DNA from: an uncultured Sandaracinus sp. | GTDB lineage: Bacteria; Myxococcota_A; Polyangia; Polyangiales; Sandaracinaceae | Assembly (NCBI GenBank): GCA_964481145.1 | Contig: CAYZTA010000024.1 | Location: forward strand, 9,729-73,728 | Direction: 5' to 3' | DNA length: 64,000 bases | Shown here: in pieces, positions 40,544 through 49,976 of the stretch | Layout of the letters: each line of letters starts with the position of its first letter | Position numbering within the stretch: position 1 is the first letter of the stretch | The notes under the pieces: generated by a model | The model's database searches: none | What the model saw: only the letters and a program-made list of their open reading frames with translations | Told to the model about the DNA's origin: nothing | Made by a program: the position numbers and the translations under genes

Positions 40544-41506
40544 ATGGACGAGCAAGACACAGAGGAGCTCGATCGAGTGGACCGGGGGGAAAGAGAGCGC
40601 CACACCAGCGAACATCCGGCCGATCTGACGAAAGATCGGGAGGCGTTCGTTCGTCAGTTTCTTCGAAAGGGCTTCGAGGTCACTGAGACTTTGCTGGAAG
40701 AGAATCGCGAGATTCGCGAACAGCTGTCGCGAATCCGCGAAGAAAACGTGCGCCTCCGCGAACACGTCGCGAGCGACGACGCGATTCGAGATCTTCTTCG
40801 GAAGATCGAGCAGCTGGAGACCGATCGCAGAGCGCTGCTCGCGCGGAGCGACGAGCTCGATGAGCGCTCGAAGCGCAACGAGATCCGAACAGGAGAAATC
40901 GAGCAGGAGCTGCACGATCTCGCGAACCTCTATATTGCCAGCAGCCATCTGCACGCGACACTCTCGGTGCGCGGTGTGATGAAGCATTTGGCGGAGCTCC
41001 TTCAGCAATTGATGGGCGCGGACCGCTACGTAATTTACCTCGCGGATCGTGGGGGAACACGGGTTCGACCCGTGCTCGCCTCTGGGCTCAGCGAGCTTCA
41101 ACTCGAGGCCGAATCGGGCGCTGGGTTCGATGGTCCCGGAGCGTTCGTGGTCGGAGAGGGGCCGATCGGCGTCTGCATGATGACGGGTGTTTCGCGCATC
41201 CGTGAGGAGGCGCCGCTGACCGCGGGCACGCTCGCAGATCCGATCGCGATCATTCCGATGAACGTGCGCGATGTGTGCATCGGCGCCATCGTGGTGGTCT
41301 CGGTGCTCGCTCAAAAGGAGCGATGGGCAGCGGTGGATCTCGCGCTGTTCGACTTTCTCGGGACGCACAGCGCGACGGCGTTGATTGCGGCCAATCAATA
41401 TGCACGCGCATCCGATCCGCGGAATGCGCTCGAAGGAATCGAAAATCACTTGGCGGCTGCGCAGTCGTTGCTTCCAACGGGCCGAGCGCCCTCGGGCAGC
41501 GAGTGA
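40544..41506 (+). CDS. coiled-coil + GAF domain protein
   Basis: The N-terminal ~130 aa has a heptad-rich charged helix ('EENREIREQLSRIREENVRLREHV', 'IEQLETDRRALLARSDELDERSKRNE'). The C-terminal ~170 aa is GAF-like ('LLQQLMGADRYVIYLAD...PIGVCMMTG...IIPMNVRDVCIGAIVV'). Confidence 0.75.
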   Translation: MDEQDTEELDRVDRGERERHTSEHPADLTKDREAFVRQFLRKGFEVTETLLEENREIREQLSRIREENVRLREHVASDDAIRDLLRKIEQLETDRRALLARSDELDERSKRNEIRTGEIEQELHDLANLYIASSHLHATLSVRGVMKHLAELLQQLMGADRYVIYLADRGGTRVRPVLASGLSELQLEAESGAGFDGPGAFVVGEGPIGVCMMTGVSRIREEAPLTAGTLADPIAIIPMNVRDVCIGAIVVVSVLAQKERWAAVDLALFDFLGTHSATALIAANQYARASDPRNALEGIENHLAAAQSLLPTGRAPSGSE

Positions 41507-41521
41507 TCGGAGTGAGGGCGG

Positions 41522-41899
41522 ATGGCTGACTTCTCATGTCTCGTCGTCGAGGACTCGCCCATGATGCGGCAACTCCTCGTTTTCGCGCTGGCGCGTGTGA
41601 AACGCGTTGCTGTGACCGAGGCGGATGATGGTGTCGACGCGTTACGAAAACTCGCGTCGAACCGGTACGACCTCATCCTGACGGATATCAATATGCCGAT
41701 CATGGATGGGCTCAAGCTGGTGAAGAAGATCCGCTCGGATTCGCAGCATGCGAACGTGCCGATCATCATCATCACGACCGAAGGATCGACCGAAGATCGC
41801 CAGCGTGCGATCGCACTCGGCGCGAATGCGTATATTACGAAGCCTATTCAGGCACCCCAGGTGATCCAAAAAGTGAAAGAGCTCCTCAAGATCGAGTGA
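41522..41899 (+). CDS. CheY-like single-domain response regulator (second copy)
   Basis: 'LVVEDS', 'ILTDINMPIMDG', 'IITTEGS', 'TKP'. It is clearly paralogous to the receiver at 32872. Confidence 0.9.
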   Translation: MADFSCLVVEDSPMMRQLLVFALARVKRVAVTEADDGVDALRKLASNRYDLILTDINMPIMDGLKLVKKIRSDSQHANVPIIIITTEGSTEDRQRAIALGANAYITKPIQAPQVIQKVKELLKIE

Positions 41900-42510
41900 A
41901 GACAGCGATCAAGATGTGCGGGATCACGCGGGCTCAAGACGCAGAGCTCGCGCTCGGGCTCGGCGTGGATGCGCTCGGGCTCAACTTTTGGGTCGGTTCG
42001 AAGCGGCGTTGTGAGGTCGACGTCGCGCGCGTGATTGTGCGTCTTGCGCAGGGCCGTGCGCGTGTCGTGGCGGTGGTCGTCGGCCTTGGGCTCGTGGAGA
42101 TTGCAGAGCTTCGCGCTGAGACCGGCATCGAATGGGTGCAGCTTCACGGTGACGAAGATGCGCCGTTCGTGCGGAGGTGTTTGCCAAACGCCTACGCTGC
42201 GGTTCGCCTATCGGGTGAAGCAGGATTGCGGAGAGCGAGAGAGGTGCCTGGCATCGAAGTTCTTCTCGATGCACATGTCGAAGGCATGAAGGGCGGCACG
42301 GGTGAAGTGGCGGATTGGGCGCTCGCGGCTCGCATCGCGAAGACGCGTCCACTCTGGCTCGCGGGTGGGCTCGAGCCCGAGAACGTGCGGCGAGCGATCG
42401 AGATCGTGAAGCCGATGGGTGTGGATGTGGCGAGTGGAATCGAGCTCTCGCCGGGCATCAAAGATGTCGACAAGATGCGCGCTTTCGTCGAGGCTGTGGA
42501 CACGACCTAG
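41896..42510 (+). CDS. trpF: phosphoribosylanthranilate isomerase
   Basis: 'IKMCGITRAQDA', 'LGLNFWVGSKRR', 'VQLHGDE', 'GGTGEVADW', 'WLAGGLEPENV'. The GTG start overlaps the upstream receiver stop (GTGA). Confidence 0.9.
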   Translation: MKTAIKMCGITRAQDAELALGLGVDALGLNFWVGSKRRCEVDVARVIVRLAQGRARVVAVVVGLGLVEIAELRAETGIEWVQLHGDEDAPFVRRCLPNAYAAVRLSGEAGLRRAREVPGIEVLLDAHVEGMKGGTGEVADWALAARIAKTRPLWLAGGLEPENVRRAIEIVKPMGVDVASGIELSPGIKDVDKMRAFVEAVDTT

Positions 42511-43289
42511 CGGATCGTTGCAGCGCGTAGCTCGCGGACGAAACGAGCGACACCTGAGATTCCATTCGAGTGAATGACCTCGACGATGGCGCTGCCGACG
42601 ACGACGCCGTCGATGTGTTCGCTCGCGCGCTTCACGTCTTCTTTGGTTTTGATGCCGAAGCCGAGGGCGACGGGTCTTTTGAGGCGGGAGCCGATGCGAG
42701 AAGCCCAGAGCGCGGCTTCGTTCGAGTCGATGCGGTTTGTGCCGGTCACGCCCGCAACCGAGACGCAATACACGAACGATGTGGCGACGGCGTTGGCGCG
42801 GGCGATGCGCTCATCGGTGCTCGTGGGCGCGATGAGCGGAATCCAATCGAGTCCATTCGCGACGACGGGATCGCGCAAAGATGCGCATTCTTCGGGCGGG
42901 AGATCGACGACGAGGAATCCATCGGCACCAGCGTCTCTCGCTTCGCGCGCGATGCGCTCTTCGCCGCGGGTGAGGAATGGATTGTAGTAACCGAAGAGAA
43001 GAACGGGGACGTCCGTGCGCTTGCGCGCTTGGACAAGTGCGTCGAGCACGCCGGGCAACGTCGATCCTGCGCGGAGCGCTCGTTCGCTGGCGCGCTGGAT
43101 CGTGGGGCCATCGGCGATGGGATCGCTGAAAGGAATACCCAGTTCGATGATGTCAGCGCCGGCTTCTGCGAGCGCGACGATGATGTCGGGCGTCACAGTG
43201 AGATCGGGATCGCCTGCGCAGAGATAGGTGATGAGCGCCGCGCGATGCTCGGAGCGGGCGAGCGAGAGAGCGTCAGTGATGCGAGACAT
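42507..43289 (-). CDS. trpA: tryptophan synthase alpha chain
   Basis: 'ALITYLCAGDPD', 'GADIIELGIPFSDPIADGPTIQ', 'LLFGYYNP', 'GVTG', 'ALGFGI'. I placed the start at ATG 43289. Confidence 0.92.
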   Translation of the reverse strand: MSRITDALSLARSEHRAALITYLCAGDPDLTVTPDIIVALAEAGADIIELGIPFSDPIADGPTIQRASERALRAGSTLPGVLDALVQARKRTDVPVLLFGYYNPFLTRGEERIAREARDAGADGFLVVDLPPEECASLRDPVVANGLDWIPLIAPTSTDERIARANAVATSFVYCVSVAGVTGTNRIDSNEAALWASRIGSRLKRPVALGFGIKTKEDVKRASEHIDGVVVGSAIVEVIHSNGISGVARFVRELRAATIR

Positions 43290-43372
43290 CGTCGATTCGC
43301 GGGCATAGCACAAACGCTTTGGGGGCGTGCGGTCTGTCCAAGGTGCGCGCATGCTTGCGCCACAGGTTTCAG

Positions 43373-43873
43373 ATGAGCACACCGATGGAATCCCTCGACG
43401 GTCACCTCTTTGGCCCCGGTCAGCCTTGCTTTGGTTGCAGCCCCGATCATCCGTTTGGCTTTCGCCTGACGTTCGAGCGACAGGAGGACGAAATCGTCAC
43501 GCGGTTTACGCCAGGCGAACGCCATCAAGGGCCCGTCGGGATCATGCATGGTGGGCTGGTCTCGACCTTGGCCGATGAAGTCGCGGCGTGGGCGATCATC
43601 GGTCTGCTCGGCAAGTTCGGGTTCACGGCGTCGTTCGATGCGAAGCTTCACCGGCCGGTGCGCATCGGGATTCCGGTCACAGGGTGCGGGCGGATCACGA
43701 AGGACGCGAGACGCATCGTGGACGTCGCGGTGGGCATCACGCAGCCCGATGCGGAAGGGCAGAATCAGCTCGCGTTCAGTGGGACATTTCGTTTCGTGTT
43801 GCTCGATCGCGGGGGCGCGGAGCGCATGCTCGGCGGGCCGATTCCGGAGGCGTGGGAGCGCTTTTGTCGCTAG
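43373..43873 (+). CDS. PaaI/hotdog-fold thioesterase family protein
   Basis: 'GPVGIMHGGLVSTLADEVAAWAI' is the typical PaaI-type HGG motif region. 166 aa. Confidence 0.78.
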   Translation: MSTPMESLDGHLFGPGQPCFGCSPDHPFGFRLTFERQEDEIVTRFTPGERHQGPVGIMHGGLVSTLADEVAAWAIIGLLGKFGFTASFDAKLHRPVRIGIPVTGCGRITKDARRIVDVAVGITQPDAEGQNQLAFSGTFRFVLLDRGGAERMLGGPIPEAWERFCR

Positions 43874-43906
43874 GAGGCCCTGCTTGGGCTGATAGTCTCA
43901 AGGTCT

Positions 43907-44845
43907 ATGCGACGAGGCTCACCGAGCATCACCGCGGAGTTGGTGGATTCATTCCGGGCCGTCACGAGCCTTCCTGGATCGCGGACGGACTTCGTGAACG
44001 ACTCAGGGATGCGCGTGTTGATGCCCGTGGGTGTACGGGGCGCGCTCAGGTTCTTGGGTGGCGTCACCGCGCGATATCCGCGTTTGATCGATGCGGCCAA
44101 CTACGCATCGGGAGGCTTGCTCGAGCACGTGGCGTTGCGCACGGCCGCCATCGATGCTGCGTTGAGACGGGAAGGATCGATCCCTCAGCTCGTAATCCTT
44201 GGTGCTGGATTGGATGCACGCGCCTTTCGAATGTCGGAGCTTGGGAGGACGATCGTGTTCGAGGTCGATTTCCCATCCACGCAAGAGGTCAAGAAATCAC
44301 GTGTCGAGACGTTGCCTCGCAGAGCGCGCGAGGTGCGCTTCGCATCCATCGATTTCGAGCGTGAAGCGCTGAGTGACGTCCTCGAGCGCGCGGGGCATCG
44401 CGCAGATGAGCGCACGGTGTGGATCTGGGAAGGGGTCACGATGTATCTCGAGCGCGCGGCGATCGAGGCGACGCTCGATGTGATCGCGGCGCGTTCGTCT
44501 TCGGGTTCTTCGCTCTTGATGACGTATGGAACGGCGGGCGCGCGTGCTCCGGGGTCTTTGCTCGAAAAAGTCATGGAGTGGACCACACCGCTCGCCTTCT
44601 CGGCGCTGCGTTGGAGTGGTGAGCCCCTCCGCGGACAGATGACGTCGCGCGAGGCGCATACGCTTTTGCAGGCATATGGGCTCGCGGTGAGCTCCGATAC
44701 TGGGTCGCGCGATTGGGCCGCGGCGCATCTTCGCGGTCGGCCAGGCGCGATCGTGATCGACGAGCGCCTGGTGTGTGCTGTTCGGAGGACGTCTGGGTCG
44801 CGATGTCCACCGAGCTCGTCGAAGAACGGGCTTCGTCCCGTATGA
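43907..44845 (+). CDS. class I SAM-dependent methyltransferase (LCMT/TIGR00027-like)
   Basis: 'QLVILGAGLDARAFR', 'VFEVDFPSTQEVK' and 'VWIWEGVTMYL' match the leucine-carboxyl-MTase-like family. Confidence 0.78.
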   Translation: MRRGSPSITAELVDSFRAVTSLPGSRTDFVNDSGMRVLMPVGVRGALRFLGGVTARYPRLIDAANYASGGLLEHVALRTAAIDAALRREGSIPQLVILGAGLDARAFRMSELGRTIVFEVDFPSTQEVKKSRVETLPRRAREVRFASIDFEREALSDVLERAGHRADERTVWIWEGVTMYLERAAIEATLDVIAARSSSGSSLLMTYGTAGARAPGSLLEKVMEWTTPLAFSALRWSGEPLRGQMTSREAHTLLQAYGLAVSSDTGSRDWAAAHLRGRPGAIVIDERLVCAVRRTSGSRCPPSSSKNGLRPV

Positions 44846-44862
44846 GTCTCGAACCGAGTCAA

Positions 44863-46623
44863 TCAATCTCCATTCGGTTGACCCATGCGCAGAGGCCCAC
44901 CACGCGCGGTCGACCACAGCAGGCAGTTCGTCCCTGAGCCGGGCACGGTGAACACATCCATTCCGTGCTCGAAGGTCTGCACGAAAATCTCGAGCTCTCC
45001 ATCGCCATCGAGATCTGCGATCGCCGGCGCGGCCGGTGCACCGTTGCCATTGCCGTTCATACGGGTGTTTGGCAGCGGCACGTCATGCAAGAGCGACCCA
45101 TCTGCGCCGAGAATGACGAGATGGCCCGAGTCGAGCACATCGGGTGCGCCGTAGGTCGAGAACACGAGCTCTGGAGAGCCATCCTGGTTCAAGTCCGCCG
45201 CCATGACCTCCGACGCAAACATGATGTCTTTGCCGAACGTGAAATCGAATCGCCATAGGCGCGTTCCATTCGCATCAAAGGCATAAATGAAACCATCGTT
45301 CAGCGAGACCACGATCTCTTTATCGGGATCTCCTTGAATATCGACGGTCAGAGGCGAAGGCACGCCGATCGGGGGGTACCATCCATCGACTTTGATCGGA
45401 GATTCCCCCCGTGGAAGTGTCTCGAAACCAGCGCGCCTCATCGCGGATCGACTCCCATCTCCATAGGCGCCTTCGAGCACCATGACGCCATACGCCATCG
45501 TTTCGTAAGGCTCGTTCATCTCGATGTTGGGGACGCCCACCACTTCGTTCTGTCCGTCGTTGTCCAAGTCGATCACGTTTGGAGGAGATGCGGTCCATTG
45601 CAGCCATTCGTTCATCGAAGGATGAGGCCAATCGCCGGTGTGATCGTGATAGTGCGCCGCCTCGACATCGGGGTCGGCCCAGCGAATGAATTGCCCCCAA
45701 GTCATGCGCATTCCCGAATGTGCGTTGTGTCGATTCGTGAACCACGGCGAAGCATCGATCGCCATGCCGTCGGGATCGAAGGCTTGAATGTGATGGTTGT
45801 CGTAGGTGACGAGGATTTCGAGTTCTTCATCGTCGTCGATATCGCCGATGCCGACGTTCAAGCCATAACACCCGTACCCTTGATGTCCTTGTCCGTTTCT
45901 ATCGGCGTCGCCGCCCGCTCCAGTGCGCGCGTTGTATCGAGGCCAAGCAGGCCATGCGACCCCCAAGGGTTGGTAGAGTGCGCCATTGGATCCAAACACG
46001 AAGACCTGCGAGCCGCCATCCTCTTCATCGGCGGTTTGCGTGGTGGTCACGACGACTTCGATGAGTCCATCGTGGTCGAGGTCGGCTACTGCGAGCCCGC
46101 GCACCTCCGGAGTATTGCCTCCCCCAGCCACGTCGGCGGGCCACCCAGCTTTCGGTGCGAAGGCGCCGCCATCCCATTCGAGCGCCCAAACTTCGTGGCC
46201 GCGACCGTAGACGACCTCCACCGTTCCGTCCCCTTCGAGATCGACCACCGCGTGAGGTGCATACACGCGTCCTTCTCCGAACTCGGCCGTGTGGATGAGC
46301 GCGCCCTCTCGATTGAACACGAAGATGTCGTAATACGCGGCGACGAGCTCGTTTTCGCCATCTTCATCGAGATCTACGACGACGGGCGAGGCATACCAGC
46401 TCGTTTGCCCGCGCAGGTTGCGGACGAATGTCGGCGCTTGGACCTCTCCCGCGCTCGTTCCCGTCGTGCACACTGGATTTCGCGTGCCGCCTGTCGAGCT
46501 GCCGCCGTCGGGGCGAGGAGGTCGGCTTTCGCCCGGGTCATCGCCCGAGCAAGCACCCAGGCCGATTGCAGCAACGAAGACCGTGAGCACATACCGCAAC
46601 GTCATTGCCGTAGGATACGCCAA
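44863..46623 (-). CDS. FG-GAP/VCBS repeat lipoprotein
   Basis: The lipobox is 'FVAAIGLGACSG'. There are at least 8 Ca-binding-like repeats, for example 'VVDLDEDGENELV', 'VVDLEGDGTVEVV', 'VADLDHDGLIEVV', 'VIDLDNDGQNEVV', 'AADLNQDGSPELV' and 'IADLDGDGELEIF'. Confidence 0.85.
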   Translation of the reverse strand: MAYPTAMTLRYVLTVFVAAIGLGACSGDDPGESRPPRPDGGSSTGGTRNPVCTTGTSAGEVQAPTFVRNLRGQTSWYASPVVVDLDEDGENELVAAYYDIFVFNREGALIHTAEFGEGRVYAPHAVVDLEGDGTVEVVYGRGHEVWALEWDGGAFAPKAGWPADVAGGGNTPEVRGLAVADLDHDGLIEVVVTTTQTADEEDGGSQVFVFGSNGALYQPLGVAWPAWPRYNARTGAGGDADRNGQGHQGYGCYGLNVGIGDIDDDEELEILVTYDNHHIQAFDPDGMAIDASPWFTNRHNAHSGMRMTWGQFIRWADPDVEAAHYHDHTGDWPHPSMNEWLQWTASPPNVIDLDNDGQNEVVGVPNIEMNEPYETMAYGVMVLEGAYGDGSRSAMRRAGFETLPRGESPIKVDGWYPPIGVPSPLTVDIQGDPDKEIVVSLNDGFIYAFDANGTRLWRFDFTFGKDIMFASEVMAADLNQDGSPELVFSTYGAPDVLDSGHLVILGADGSLLHDVPLPNTRMNGNGNGAPAAPAIADLDGDGELEIFVQTFEHGMDVFTVPGSGTNCLLWSTARGGPLRMGQPNGD

Positions 46624-46646
46624 ATAGAGTCGTTCCTGATCTCCGA

Positions 46647-47726
46647 TCAGAGTCCAGCTTCGGCGCGATCGAGCAAAGTATCGAGCTCATCGAGCAAGGC
46701 TCGATTGCCTTCTTGGTGGTAGCTCGAGAGCTTGTCTTCGCAGGACGAAATCGCATCGACGAAGTCGAAGATGACCTTCGGATCTTCGAGCGACTTTGCG
46801 ATGCGCCCATATCCGAGCTTCTCGAGATACTTTCCGTTCAACACTTGCTCATATTGGCCAGCCACGGGCACGGAGAGCATGGGCTTGTGGAGGTAGACGG
46901 CCTCGCCCATCAACGTGAACCCACCACCGGCGATCACGGCCTTCGCGCTCGCGAGATCGTCGATGAATCCCGCTTCATTGAATGGTCGAAAGCGCAAATT
47001 GCCTTCGACCTGTTCTTCGTTGATCGAGCGTCGCATTCCATAGACGCGACATTCGAGCCCGGTGCGCTGCAATGTTTCTTGGAGCTCGTCGTGCCCCTCG
47101 GCCGTTTGATAGACGAGGAGGTGATCGCCGCGGCTCGTTTCGGCAGCCAGAATTTCTGGGCGTAGAATCGGCTTGTGGAGAGAGGTTCGCTCTTTGCGAA
47201 GAGGCGGCTCGAAAAAGGTCGTGATCAGATACCAGTCGCAAAAAGGAAGTTTGCTTTTGACGAAAGCGCGCGCGACCTCGAACTCAGCGCGATGACCGGC
47301 GATCGCGTCCTCGTCGATGACGCATCGGTTGAGCACCTGCATGTTGTCGATGCTGAACACCGGGAGGCGATGCGCCTTGGCGTAAAGATACGTCCACGAT
47401 TCGAAGTCGCTGATCACGCAATGGGGCGCGAAGTCCCCAATGAGCTCGAAGTAAGCCGCGATCTGTTGGGGGATCGCCGTCGTCCCTTGAAGTACGTTCT
47501 GCACGACGGTCTTGCCGAGGCGCATACGGTTCTCTTCGTAGACGATGTGAAGGCCATGAATGCGATTCACCTCTCGACCCGCAAACTTCTTCTTCAAGAA
47601 GTCGACGGCTCGGCCAGAGGCCATGATTTCGACCTCATGCCCCTGACTCACCAGATGCTCGAGCACGACCCGCGAGCGCATCGCGTGCCCCATCCCTTCA
47701 CCGACCACGCCGTAAAGAATTCGCAT
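46647..47726 (-). CDS. glycosyltransferase (GT-B, MGT/TIGR00661-like)
   Basis: The N-terminus 'MRILYGVVGEGMGHAMRSRVVLEHL' and the C-terminus 'AKAVIAGGGFTLMGEAVYLHKPMLSVP' are typical of the GT28/GT1-like family. Confidence 0.82.
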   Translation of the reverse strand: MRILYGVVGEGMGHAMRSRVVLEHLVSQGHEVEIMASGRAVDFLKKKFAGREVNRIHGLHIVYEENRMRLGKTVVQNVLQGTTAIPQQIAAYFELIGDFAPHCVISDFESWTYLYAKAHRLPVFSIDNMQVLNRCVIDEDAIAGHRAEFEVARAFVKSKLPFCDWYLITTFFEPPLRKERTSLHKPILRPEILAAETSRGDHLLVYQTAEGHDELQETLQRTGLECRVYGMRRSINEEQVEGNLRFRPFNEAGFIDDLASAKAVIAGGGFTLMGEAVYLHKPMLSVPVAGQYEQVLNGKYLEKLGYGRIAKSLEDPKVIFDFVDAISSCEDKLSSYHQEGNRALLDELDTLLDRAEAGL

Positions 47727-47783
47727 GAGGAAGAGGGTAGCTCAGGATGAAGACGTGCGTATTCCTGTGAACGCCGCTTTCGA

Positions 47784-49025
47784 TCATTCGCTTGGGGTGC
47801 GAAGTGCGTACAGAGTGTGATCGTCCGAGCCAATGAGGAGGACGCCATTGGGCGTGAGCACCGGCTCTGAATCGATATTCCCACCCGTCTCGTAGAACCA
47901 ACGCATGCGCCCGTTTCCATCGAGCGAGTAGACGAAGTCATCGTCCGCACCGAAGTAGAGGTGGCCATGTCGATCGACGAGCGGTCCGCTCGACACATTG
48001 CCGTTCGAGTGGGTCTCGCTCGTCGCGAAAGACCAGCGTTCGGCTCCGGTTTCCGCGTCGAGCGCCACCACGCGGGGGCGGGGGCCGAAGACACCCGCGA
48101 AAATTGCATCTTCGAAAAGGCTCACAGGGGCGCGCACGTCGCCTCCGACGTCCACGGACCAACGCAACGTTCCATCTCGGTGAAGTGCGTAGATATGTTG
48201 ATCGTCGCTTCCGAAATAGAGCGTCCCATCGTCGCCGATCACGGGGCTGGAGTCGATGTCGTCGCCCGTTCGATATCGCCAGCGCATCCGGCCGTCGGGC
48301 GCGATCGCATAGAGATGATCGTCCTGTGAGCCCACGTAAATCGTGCCGTCGTCATCGATGGCTGGGGTCGAGAACACTTTGAGCCCGGTGCGAAAACGCC
48401 ATCTCAGCGCTCCTTCGCGCTCCACCGCGAGCACATCCGATCCAGAGCCGAAGACCAACGCGCCATCGGGCGCGAGCGCCACTCCCGTATCGGCATCGTC
48501 ATCGGTGCGCAGATGCCAAATGACGTCTCCCGTGCGCGTATCGAGTGCGAAAAAGAAGTCGGAATCGGAACCCACATAGATTCGCCCATCGGAGAGCGCT
48601 GCAGCTCCGTAGATGGGCCCACCCAAATCTCGTCGCCAGCGCAGCGTGCCGTCGGAGGAGACGGCGTAGAAATGATGATCGTGTGATCCCACGTAGATCA
48701 CCCCTTCGTCATCGATCACGGGTTGGGCGGTGATGGGACCTGCGGTGTCGAAACGAAACGCGAGCTCGACGGATGAAGGACCCACGTAAGGGCTCCTCCC
48801 CGTGTGACGTCGATCATGGCGGAATTGTCGTGGAGGGCTTACTTCCGGCGAGGTGGGTCGTGTGAGAGGCGTTGGGGATTCCGCTCGATCGTCAGGGCCA
48901 CGGACGGGGGCGCTATTCGCGCGCATGCGCGGATCGGGGCCTGGCTCTTCGGTGAGATGAAGAACGAGCACCACCACGAGCGCAGCGATCCACATGCAGG
49001 CGAATAACAAGCGCCGGCGATTCAT
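47784..49025 (-). CDS. PQQ-like beta-propeller repeat protein (membrane anchored/secreted)
   Basis: I propose the start at ATG 49025 ('MNRRRLLFACMWIAALVVVLVL'). Units of the type 'G.IYVGS.D..FYA....G...W' repeat about 8 times. Confidence 0.82.
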   Translation of the reverse strand: MNRRRLLFACMWIAALVVVLVLHLTEEPGPDPRMRANSAPVRGPDDRAESPTPLTRPTSPEVSPPRQFRHDRRHTGRSPYVGPSSVELAFRFDTAGPITAQPVIDDEGVIYVGSHDHHFYAVSSDGTLRWRRDLGGPIYGAAALSDGRIYVGSDSDFFFALDTRTGDVIWHLRTDDDADTGVALAPDGALVFGSGSDVLAVEREGALRWRFRTGLKVFSTPAIDDDGTIYVGSQDDHLYAIAPDGRMRWRYRTGDDIDSSPVIGDDGTLYFGSDDQHIYALHRDGTLRWSVDVGGDVRAPVSLFEDAIFAGVFGPRPRVVALDAETGAERWSFATSETHSNGNVSSGPLVDRHGHLYFGADDDFVYSLDGNGRMRWFYETGGNIDSEPVLTPNGVLLIGSDDHTLYALRTPSE

Positions 49026-49154
49026 GCCATCGCGTACCACTCGGGGGTGGCGGGCGCCCCCCATACGCCCCCCCCAACGTAAACACACAGACCAAATGAA
49101 CAACAAAACAGAACCAGGACCGAAGGGTAAAACCAATCTGACTGTCGCTACAGG

Positions 49155-49174
49155 TTCCGAACGGAACTTCCGAA
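49155..49174. promoter_or_regulatory. nested inverted repeats TTCCG-AA-CGGAA-C-TTCCG-AA upstream of radC
   Basis: I read 'ttccgaacggaacttccgaa' directly from the sequence, 13 nt before the radC ATG. Its function is unknown. Confidence 0.2.
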
Positions 49175-49186
49175 GAGGGAAGGGCG

Positions 49187-49897
49187 ATGCAAGAAGGTCC
49201 ACGTGAACGGCTTCGGCGCGTCGGAAGCGAAGCGCTCAGCGATGAAGAACTAATTGCACTGGTACTCGGAACAGGAAGTGTCCGAGAACCAGTGACGATG
49301 CTAGCGGCGCGTGTGCTTCGCGAGAGCGGAGGGCTTTCGGGGCTAAGGCGCAGCGGTGTCGGTGTATTTGCACGAATTGCAGGGATTGGGGAATCGAAAG
49401 CGGCTCGGTTGGTCGCGTCGATCGAGCTCGGCCGACGGGTGCACGATTTGCCGTGGAGCCCCGGGCCGCGCATCGACAGCAGCCGCGATGTCGATGCGGT
49501 GCTTCGTGGTCGGCTCGCAGGTGCCGAAGTCGAGCGGTTCGTGGCGCTGCCCATGGACGCGAAGAATCGCGTCATCGCCGAGCTGACGATCGCGCGAGGC
49601 GGCCTCTCGATGTGTCCCGTGGCGCCGGCCGATGTGTTCCGAGCGATTCTTCGTGAGGCTGCTGTTTCGGTGATCTTCGCGCACAATCATCCGAGCGGCG
49701 ATGCCAGCCCGAGCACCGACGACATCGTGCTCACGGATCGCCTTGCGCGGGCAGGCGTGCTCCTTGGCGTTCGGGTGCTGGATCACGTGATTGTGGGGCG
49801 TGAGGGCTACTTTTCGTTCGTTGATGCAGGCCTTTTGCGGGATGGCGTCGTGCATTCGAGTGGGATTGATTTGTCGTTCGCACGCTCGAACCCTTGA
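49187..49897 (+). CDS. radC: RadC-like JAB-domain protein (UPF0758)
   Basis: 'PRERL...[14 protein letters not shown]' is the HhH-like N-terminus. '[22 protein letters not shown]' is the JAMM motif. Confidence 0.9.
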   Translation: MQEGPRERLRRVGSEALSDEELIALVLGTGSVREPVTMLAARVLRESGGLSGLRRSGVGVFARIAGIGESKAARLVASIELGRRVHDLPWSPGPRIDSSRDVDAVLRGRLAGAEVERFVALPMDAKNRVIAELTIARGGLSMCPVAPADVFRAILREAAVSVIFAHNHPSGDASPSTDDIVLTDRLARAGVLLGVRVLDHVIVGREGYFSFVDAGLLRDGVVHSSGIDLSFARSNP

Positions 49898-49976
49898 CGG
49901 CGCGTCTCTCCCATGCTTATTTCCGCGCCTCGATTTTTCCGGTCCTTTTCGGGCCGGCGTTCCTTCGGAGGATCCT

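Noticed and set aside
49939-49957. Hairpin CCGGTCC-ttttc-GGGCCGG between radC and rpmH, considered as a possible terminator.
   Set aside because: No U-tract follows the stem, and it lies only about 20 nt before the rpmH RBS. The evidence is too weak to call a terminator or leader.
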